DNA of 64,000 bases from Chlorokybus atmophyticus. Lineage: Eukaryota > Plantae > Mesostigma and Chlorokybus algae. The notes under the pieces were generated by a model. That model was not told where the DNA came from, searched no databases, and was given only the letters and a program-made list of their open reading frames with translations. This document shows, piece by piece, positions 50,026 to 64,000 of this stretch (its first letter is position 1; each line of letters starts with the position of its first letter). Made by a program: the position numbers and the translations under genes. The DNA lies in NCBI GenBank assembly GCA_009103225.1, contig RHPI01000026.1, positions 815,103 to 879,102 on the forward strand, written 5' to 3'.

Positions 50026-52675
50026 CTATGTGTTTATACCCTCCTGGCCCCCCCTCGCAGCAACCTGCTGTTGGTGCGCATCCACATCACTGCCGTTGAG
50101 CTTGATAGGTGGAGTGACAGTGTTGGTAGCGTTGGTTGAAGCCGACTCGCCGCCTGCACTCCCGTCAAACAGCTGCTTGCGCAGCACGTTGTGGAGCTCG
50201 GTGAAGAGCTGCTTCTTCACCGCATCGAAGGCGAGCTCCAGACGATCGAGCTGCGTGATGAGATAAAGTCAGATGTGATGGTGGTGCATGGAGTGATGCA
50301 TTCAGACCAGCTGAGTGCATGCGTGATCCATGTTGAGACCAGACTCTCTTCTAGCATGGAATACTGTTGTTAATGTGTTGTTGACGATGATGCTGCATGT
50401 GGTCATTGTTGGTTGTTGTAATTGTTTAGATTGTCATCTAATGCACATAGCAGGTAACAATGGACGGATGGGACGTTGTGCACTTATCATTAACTGACTG
50501 ACCTCGTCAGTGGCGTTCTGGTTGTACATGAATAGCCCGTAGTACAGATCAAAGCTATCCGCTACCGTGTTGTTGACCTGCACCCAACATACGAGTCGAA
50601 GTCATAATCACCACTCGTCTCACCTATGCTGTTAAGACAAAGACTACCGCAATCACAGTACACACGCAACACACAGCCATACCAGATTTAGCAACATCTC
50701 GTAGCCTTTGGTGTTGATTGGCGTGCTTTGCAGCTCCAACTTCCCGAGGACTCTGCGCGCATGTGACACATATTATACCAAAGAACAGTCTTTCTGTTCA
50801 GTTAACGTTGACACGGCAACTGCGAGTGCACGCGTTGACACACAACGTACCTGCCAACCGTGTGGGTGATGAACTGACTGCTCGCGGCATACTTGTCATG
50901 CTCTTCACACGTCATCTCCTCCATCCTGCATCCCTGCACAAGTGGACAGTATGCACGTACACATTAACACGCGTACATATGCGCACTCTGCATCAGCATG
51001 TCACACGAGGAGCAGACTAGAGTGTCATCATTTGTTCAGGTGCATCAGCATGTCACACCTCTGCAGAAAACGCTTTGAGGAAGCGGTCGCACCGATCCGT
51101 GCGGTATCCGCTGCCGACGCGCACCTTTTCGTACACGAGCGGTAGGCCCTCCCAGCTGCCCTTCCCGCTCTGGGGACCAAACATCGGGTGCGTGCAAAGG
51201 ATGTCAAACTGCGCTGGCAGATGCTGCGCACGCACACGTGTTAAGGGCGCACGTGTCAGGCATGCACAGCTGCACGCGCACTCATGTACACGCCTGATAT
51301 CATGTGTTCTACACGACTTTGAGACCATTGGCGTAGAAGCGCTTCTTACTACGCAACAGTTGGACACAACATGAAGATGCGTGGCTTCTATGTGACGCGT
51401 CTGCAATGAAGGCTGTTGAACTGTGTGTGCTTTTCAATCTCACCTGCAGGAACAAGCGTTTGGGAAACTCTTTGACGGACAGCACGTCGACAAAGAGGGT
51501 GTTGCGTCGCAGCCGTTGCAGCGGCAGAGACTTGAGTGTGGCCTCTGTCGACAGAATGCTTGTGCTGAGAAGCACAACCTCCGGATGCTCCTCGCAGAAA
51601 TCGTCCGGATCACTACACAAAGAATGATCAGCACAGATAGACAACAGCACAACATGCCGACCGCACTCCAATGCACACGCACGCACGCGTGGGTATGCGT
51701 GTGTACGCACACACATGCACACATACACGAGCGCGCACACACACGTGAGCGCGCGCACAAGTGCCTTTGTGATCAGCACGTACGTGAAGAACCGGACTCC
51801 GATTTTGCTCGCTTGCTCGCTGTAGTCTCGTCGGGACGTGGCGAAGACGACATGCCCTTGTTGGACGAAGCGCTGTGCCAAGAACTGCCCAAAGTTCCCG
51901 AACCCGACGATGCCGATCTTCAACCGGTGAGCCTTCTGCAGCTCTCGCTTCTTCTTGGACTCGTAGTCGAAAGGCTGCAATGAGATGCAGAAAGGGATCA
52001 ACAGACTTGCTGGCTTTTTGATAGTAGAAAGAACAATAACGCTATGTGTGTGCAATTTTGCTGCCAAGAAGATACAACATGCACATGCATACCATGAAGA
52101 CTTGACGCTGCGTACAGTCCCAACAGTCGTTGTGGCAAGCAACATGCGGTGCTTGGCGCATGCATGTGTGGCTGCATGCATTGTGCTGTCTAGGAAGGCG
52201 TGCACAACACGGAAGCCTGCAATCATCAAGGCGAGCAAGCCAGTTTGAGCGTGAATGCCTGCGCACATACAATCACGCTCACAATGTGTTTTGACTAGAA
52301 GTAGGCTTAGGGTTTGCCAGCGCACACCTGAGCGGCGTCTAGAGCATGCACGGGGAGATGTGAGACGCCAGCGGCTGGGAGGCTTGCATCGAAGGCATCC
52401 ACGTCGGCAGCAGGTACACCGTCGCCGCATTGCTGTCGTCGCCGACGTCTGTGTCGGCGGCGGCGATGCCCCTCCTGCGGCGACGGCAGCCTGGTCCCGA
52501 ATGTGGAGGAGGAGGAGGAGCTGGGGGAGGAGCAGCTGCAGCCGACGTCCCTCCGTCGCCCTGCCTCACCAATACCCTCGCCCTTGAGGCTTCCTCCCTT
52601 ACTCCTCCTCCACCCAGCAACGTAACCCCCGACCGCCGCCGCCGCCGCCATTGCCAACCCCACCGCCGCCCTCAT
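50026..52675 (-). CDS. TyrA: Plastid arogenate dehydrogenase (plant TyrAa type, single domain) with a transit-peptide-like N-terminus
   Basis: ALDAAQ-PFDYE; KIGIVGFGNFGQFLA (Rossmann fold); DPDDFCEEHPEVVLL; FVDVLSVKEFPK; THPMFGPQSGK; EEHDKYAASSQFITHTVG; SFDLYYGLFMYN. The start could be 52675 or 52651. Confidence 0.95.
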
Positions 52676-52871
52676 CACAGTCAAGGTTAGAGAACCCAAG
52701 CCTTTACCCAAACTAACCACAATCGCTGAACCAAGGTTCACTAACCCGATTTCAACTACAGAACCGGCTCCTTCAAACTGGAATGGATCTGGGTTGAGAG
52801 AAAACCCCCGCGCTTTTTGCAACAAATTCAAACAAAGAAACGAACACAGCAGGAAAAATAGGGGGACCAAT

Positions 52872-52879
52872 TTTCCCGC
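52872..52879 (+). promoter_or_regulatory. Canonical E2F site upstream of the SLBP start
   Basis: TTTCCCGC, about 120 nt upstream of the ATG, within the TyrA/SLBP divergent interval. Confidence 0.5.
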
Positions 52880-52909
52880 CGACGTGAGCGCAGTGTTGTT
52901 ATTGGTGTT

Positions 52910-52940
<31 letters not shown>

Positions 52941-52997
52941 GTGGGGGCTGGGGAGGAGGAGGTTGTAGCTACCCCTGTCGCTCTCGTCTTCGTCGTC

Positions 52998-53957
52998 ATG
53001 GTTTGCGCTATGGGCGTGGAGGTCGGCACTGTCCATTCCAGGACGGACCACAGCGACGAGTTCCTGCTTCTGTCGCCCAGCACAACGACCACATCAAAGT
53101 CTAGGGTGGAGAAGGACAAGGAGAAGGAGACGGACGCACACAGGTTGGCGCAGCGGCAGAAGCAGGTGGATTATGGGAAGAACACACTCGGCTATGAACG
53201 CTACGTACGAGAAGTACCCAAGTAAGCTGCTGGTTGTTGCTGTTGTTGATGATATTGCTGTTTTTGTCAATGGTGGTATTGCTGTTATGTCGATATTGGT
53301 GTGGACAATTGGTGTTGATGATTGTTGATGATTGTCATCATCCTTAGGTACAAGCGGAGAAAGTGTCATCCTTCCACACCAGACACGCGCCAAATGTGCA
53401 GCAAACGCAGCTGGGACGGCCAGGTATGACACATTACCCCCCCCCCNNNNNNNNNNNNNNNNNNNNNNNNNNNNNNNNNNNNNNNNNNNNNNNNNNNNNN
53501 NNNNNNNNNNNNNNNNNNNNNNNNNNNNNNNNNNNNNNNNNNNNNNNNNNNNNNNNNNNNNNNNNNNNNNNNNNNNNNNNNNNNNNNNNNNNNNNNNCAC
53601 CCACCCACACAGACAGAGGTGCATTATTGCTTGTTGTGTTCACTAACACATATCCACACTCCTCATTCCATATCCATGCATCCATCCATCCAGATCCGCA
53701 AGTGGCGGCGGCTGCTCCACGAGTTTGACCCCCCTATCGAGGCCGGCGACGAGGTGGTGGACGTGGCCGCCGAACGAACGCGCAAGAAGCGGGTGAGGGC
53801 ACCGGCACCATCCTCACTCACACATCTCATGGAGAAGCAGGACAAGGAGGCTAACATCATCAACAGCAGCAACAAAAAGGACGACGGGGATGTTTGTATG
53901 AAGGACAGCTTCAAGGGTCTCAGCATTTATGACGAGTTTGAGGGGCCGCTGTTGTGA
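52998..53957 (+). CDS. SLBP: Histone RNA stem-loop (hairpin)-binding protein
   Basis: Three exons give RLAQRQKQVDYGKNTLGYERYVREVPK-YKRRKCHPSTPDTRQMCSKRSWDGQ-IRKWRRLLHEFDPP, the SLBP RNA-binding domain (YGKNT, TP, SxRxWDxQ, WxxxLH). The start could be 52998 or 53010. Confidence 0.92.
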
Positions 53958-54415
53958 GGTAGAAAAAGGAGTTGTGAGGTAGAGTGTTTGTATATATGAG
54001 AGGGGTATAAGTAGTATATGTATATGCTAATAGCGAGGCTGAGGCTGCCTGCTTTCACCTAACAATCGTACCCTCCATTTAACAATTCCTTCTATTGCTG
54101 TAAACTTCAGTTACAACGCTTCATGGCGAGAGAAGGGTCATCAGGAATCATGTCTGCTGGACACCTGCGAGCAATGGTTGTGTATTACTGTTACTGTCAT
54201 GAGGCACGTAAGAACATACGCTCACGCACACGCGCACACATACACACTATTGCTGAAGCCATATCAGCTCACCTGCTGCAGCGGCTTGTCAATGCGTGTG
54301 GATGTAGCCGCTGCTCGGACTTGGTATCAGCTGCCTGCCATCAATTTTACCCAGGATGGTGATACAATCCAACGTCTTGTTGAAACGAAATCTTTGTGTG
54401 TGTATGAAACGGGTT

Positions 54416-59300
<4,885 letters not shown>

Positions 59301-61600
59301 CTTGTGTGTACGCTTGTATGTGTATAAGAGTGTGCGTTTACCGTAACAAGAAACACTATGTGGCTATGTCATTACTACGCTCAGACTTTGACTCTCATTG
59401 CTACACATCAAAACCTAGCTTCACCCTAGATTGGCCTGGTCTGGTCTGGCCTGGTCTGGCCTAGCCTGGGCTTCAGCGCTGTCTGTGTGAGCCCAACAAC
59501 AAGAGCTATACCAACACGACTATAGCCACCAGCAGGTACGGCCACATACACACCTCTCTGCTTACACAAGCTACTAGTATCACCTACACATACACACAGC
59601 AGCCAAGGCACAGGATTGAGATTGCGACAAAAGTCAACACACGCGCACACGGGAAACTCCGGTTAGCCGCCCTTCAGCCTAAACCGGACTCGGCAGCTGC
59701 TAGCCCGCCGCTTAACCAGGAATACCATCAACCGGGGCATGTGTTTGTAACGCTGCAGGAAAAAACACCAAAAGAAAATGTATTTATGGACAGCCAGGAC
59801 ATGCGGTACCAGAAATGGTGTGATGATTTTGTTCTCCTGTGCTGTGGTGTTGACACTTGGTGTGTTTGATCCCACGCGCGAAAGACAGTAACGCTCGTCA
59901 CGTGACTTTTCGATGGGGGCTGGATCTCGCGATCTGGATCAGAGTCGCGATGGATCGGTCCCGACTCAGCTGGGGACTTTTGTTCGCAGCTGAGAGGTTA
60001 ACTAGTAGTGTGGGCTCTGATCTTGTTCATTTGGTTGTGTGACATTGTTGTGGATTTAGGAGCATGCTCAACGCACTGGTTTGAGCCCCAGCTCACCCAA
60101 CCGGCGTGCACCCGCATTGGGTTGTGTACAACCACATACGTACAAGTCAGTGTTACAAAAAAGCATTTGGGCAATTTGGCGTGCGAGGTGACATGTACTA
60201 CAGTAAGGCGACGGTTGGAAAGCAGCTTTTCAACAAAGTGGCCGAGGATTTCGGTAAGCTCACACACACATGCAAAGTTCAACATTGATACTTGCTCACT
60301 AATCAATCAATAGCATATTACACAAACTACCGATGTAAGTACAGCACGGGAACAAAAGCATAATTACCATTATGTGTAACCATTGCATACTGCATTTAAG
60401 CGCAAATAACACCAAATTTACTTAAGCAGCCTTTTTGTTGCATATAATGAGAATTAAGTAGAACCACATTAAAATAAATACGCATGCATGCACATACCTG
60501 CGCATCGTGCGCATCTGACATGTGTGTATTTGTGTGCGTATCCGCTTTTTACAAACAACGATATATATATAGCTGATCATTGATGCAATGCATTTCGAAT
60601 GCATGTGACATCGCATTGAACATCATACAGAGGAGTTGCACATGCCAATATACGCAGAATGAATGATCTACTTTTGAGGATTGATAATGCATGTTTATTA
60701 ACTTAACATCACAACGTACTGAAATCATCAAACAATAAAGACGACAGACATCGAGCGCGAACAGGCTTGAGAATATATCATGACTTTCCGTTCAATACAT
60801 CGTTGATTATGGCTGTTCATTCATCCGAACAATAGTTTTTAGGCTTTTTGTAAGGCCACCATACGCATGTGTCTCGGCCACCCGCTGCAAAGTTGTGTGG
60901 TTTCATTGTGACGAGTATGAGGGTTGGGGTTGCTGTGATGCTGTTGTCCAGCATCTTTCCATATCCAATGCATATGTGGCGTGCCGCACGTCAATCATAC
61001 AATGATTGCGATAAGCACTTCGTGCATATTGCGATATGCACACGGCGTTCGTAGCTGCAAGGAAGCACACCTCCATTTAAACACATGACTAGGCCCGATG
61101 TGTGTTTAAAATGCATGACTTTTGATTGCCACAACGTTGCAACATATGCGGCACACTTCATTCCCCCCCAATGATGCAGTATCGAATGCACTATCGAATG
61201 CCAAACTTAAGCATGCAGTGGATTAAATGACCAATAGTAGTGTTGTCATACCAATAAACTTGCGCTCAAAGATGTTCGAATTCAATCTTGTGTATGTTGC
61301 GAAATTTTCGTTAATGATATTAGTAGAATTATATACATGCAATTAATGTAACACTTACAGCGAGGAAAGTCGATATAAACATAAGTCACCACGTGCGAAT
61401 GCGCGTGATAGAGGCTGTATGGAGGTGCTTTGCAGAGTGAACATCGCAAAATGTTTCCCCTGCCGGCCGACTAACTATTGGCAACGGCCGTGCACCCGAG
61501 GATACTCATTTTGGACAGTCGTGGTTCAGTACACCTGTAATCTTGATACAGAGACCTGAGTATAACGGCCGTTACCATCAGTCGGCGGCCGTCTGCATAA

Positions 61601-62930
61601 AGGGACTGACCCTAACTGATACGTACCTGTAAGGTACCCATAAGTTAAGCAAAGGGGACTTGATGTAACTAACCGATACCCAACAGTTAGATACAAGCGA
61701 CTTTACGTCGAAGGTACCTAACTATCAGGTACTTGTAAAGTACCCTATGGTACATGACGTTACTTCCGAAGGTACCAACAAGTACCGTTTATGTACTGTG
61801 AGAGACGGCATGTGATAAGCAAATTTGCAATTTTAAAAATAAACATACATTTATAATACATTACGTGCTGTTGCTATAGTATACTGCTACTACTACTAGC
61901 TCTACTACTCCACTACCCTTATACTACGTCATAATTTAAGTCGTTGCTCCTCCGCTCCTCCGCTCTTCCGCTCCTGCGCCGCCGCTCCTCCTCCGCCGCC
62001 GCCGCCGCCTTGTCGCCGCTCCAGCACCTCCGCCTGCTAAGCAAGCAGAGCGGTTAGGCTGTTACGCAACACAACGGCATTATACATACACAAACAAACT
62101 CACCTACTATGCCATTGCCGCCGCCGCCGCCGCCGCCTGGCCTGCGCTGGTCGGCCTGGTCTGCTCGGCAAGCAGGGCGATGAGGCTGCGCCATTGCGCT
62201 CAACACAAAGGCATCTACACGTATATACATATGCAAACAGTCTCACCTACTTTGCCATGGTCGCCGCCGCCGCCGCCGTCGCCGCCACCGCCACCGCCAT
62301 TGCCACCGCCGCCGCCGCCCACCTACCCAGCGTGCTTGAAGCCGTTGTGCGTTAAAAGCGTTGCTACTTGGGCAGCAGCAGCGTTTCAATCGCTCAACGG
62401 CTTCAATGGCTATCGTACTATCAACTGGTACGATTGTGCGATGGTACAATAGTACCATCGCAATGGTATCATAAGTCCATTAAGTGTTTCAACTGATCAG
62501 ACTTTTATGACACTGTCCCAACTCGCCGCCATCGCTTGTCCCTAAGTTGGGATTAAGCGGAGACTTGCTTACCAATTTAGACATGTCACCGCGGGCTTTG
62601 TACGGTCGGTGGCCACCGGTAAAAGGAAACTGATGGGTATCATTCGTCGCCATTAGGGGCCAATGACTCATTGGCCCCTAATGGATTAGGTGACCTCGGA
62701 GGTCACCTAATCGCTATTATAAGTAAGTAGCCGCCGCGTATCCTGAACGATCGACGGTCGGCCGTCATCTCAAGTTGCTTGAAGGTTATGACCGGCAACA
62801 AAGAGTCCAGTATCGCGTACGACAAGCGGCCGGCCATTACTAATTGTCCTTGATATGCATCGGCAATGCACTCAATCCTTTAATGGCCCAAGTTGTTTGG
62901 GTCCGTTAGAGTCAGGCGGGGTCAGTCCCT
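61601..62930. mobile_element. Possible non-autonomous element bounded by short inverted repeats, with internal hairpins and Gly-rich exon-like pieces
   Basis: AGGGACTGACCCtaaCTGA (61601-61619) vs the reverse complement of 62912-62930 (16/19 match, 12 contiguous). No target-site duplication found. Confidence 0.3.
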
Positions 62931-64000
62931 CAGTCTCTGGTCAGTCATGCCGAAAGATTTGCGACGAAGGTGGCAAGCGCATACACTTCGGAGATCCATA
63001 GGTCGATCACACGGAGTCCTTGTTGCTACACTGCACTGCACGCACATAAAGCAGTAGTGTAGCAGCAGCATAAGGCCCTGAGGGTTGTAACTTGTGCTGA
63101 ACTCCTCATTGCCTACTTGCTGCTGGCACATTATATGTAAGGGCATGTGATTTGCGAATTAACTTTTACCCTGAGAAAGTAAAAGTTAATGTTGTGTTTG
63201 TGTATAGGCTATACACAGACACAAGCACATGTTATCCCCTTCACCCTTGGCCTCTTCCACGCATACATGCAATCAATTACTCCGTATACACATCTGCAGC
63301 ATACTATCTTTGTACACACGCTTCTCCTTGTCCGCTAGACCCCTCCTCAGGTTCCCACCAGAGCAAACTTTTTGCACTATCTCTCTGAACTTATGACCCT
63401 GCTCAATCCTCATCACCTTCTTCCCTTAACTTGTGTAGCAGTATGTGTGCAGCATTCGTTAGACGATCAGCACGACAACGGGGGAGTTGTGGCCAGCAAG
63501 GGTGGCGTGATGAATTGAAATGAATGTGATGGTCAGAGAGATTGATGTTATCATACTCGTATGGTTGATGCTTGTGTCACGTCTAGGGTGCCGGCAGTAG
63601 AAGGGAGCAGCAGCAGCAGTAGCAAAATAATTAGCTGTTGCGGTGATGGTGGAAGTATTTGCAGCAACTGGTAGCGGTTTTTACCAATACCAACAGCGTT
63701 GATAGTAGGGTAAAGTGCCATAACTTCGTGGGTAGTTGGGTTTTTAGGTTGTGGCGGGAGCTGTGATGACTTTCCGGCGGTAGTGTACATATGTTTCTTG
63801 TAGCTAAAAATATCATCTATACAATGGTAATTTTTTCGCTAATGTTGGATTAATGACGCGTTGTTGAGAGCGCGTCAAAGGTGGGTGTTTTCGGCCAAAC
63901 CCTAAAACGCAATTCGCCCTAACTTTGTGAATAGGCAGATTTAAAGCTATTTGCCGGCTATTGTAGGGTTGGAAATTGTGTGTTCTTTGGCAATTGGGCC

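Noticed and set aside
52307-53119. 270-aa minus ORF overlapping SLBP exon 1
   Set aside because: Only its 3' part is the TyrA transit-peptide exon; the rest is the antisense of GC-rich SLBP 5' sequence.
63551-63790. Minus ORF with a Leu-rich stretch (LIILLLLLLLPSTAG), possible signal peptide
   Set aside because: No downstream in-phase exons could be assembled; it may be the UTR or promoter of a gene beyond the window.

Overview
Intron-rich eukaryotic nuclear DNA with six N-gaps. It is most consistent with a flagellated streptophyte green alga; this is an inference from a plant-type arogenate dehydrogenase, ciliary IFT57-like and RSP16-like genes, an AT-AC minor intron and telo-boxes. By manual splicing I find 12 well-supported protein genes plus one pseudogene, in strictly alternating orientation: pseudogene copy of the secreted protein (-), secreted Cys-rich protein (+), APC2 (-), CRAL-TRIO protein (+), Dcp2-like/dsRBD protein (-), NEK6/7-like kinase with an IFT57-like tail (+), FHIT (-), H2A.X (+), FIG4/SAC phosphatase (-), DNAJB13/RSP16-like Hsp40 (+), arogenate dehydrogenase (-), SLBP (+), SNF1/AMPK-family kinase (-). 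Four observations stand out. (1) An apparent NEK kinase-IFT57 fusion. (2) A Dcp2 paralog that has lost the Nudix box and carries a dsRBD. (3) A 3-nt micro-exon wedged between a GT-AG intron and an AT-AC U12 intron in FHIT. (4) An intron-containing H2A.X with a histone-type 3' stem-loop, with an SLBP gene 18 kb away. Intergenic DNA carries many near-perfect hairpins with 1-nt loops. All homology calls come from motif recognition, not database searches. CDS coordinates are gene spans including introns.
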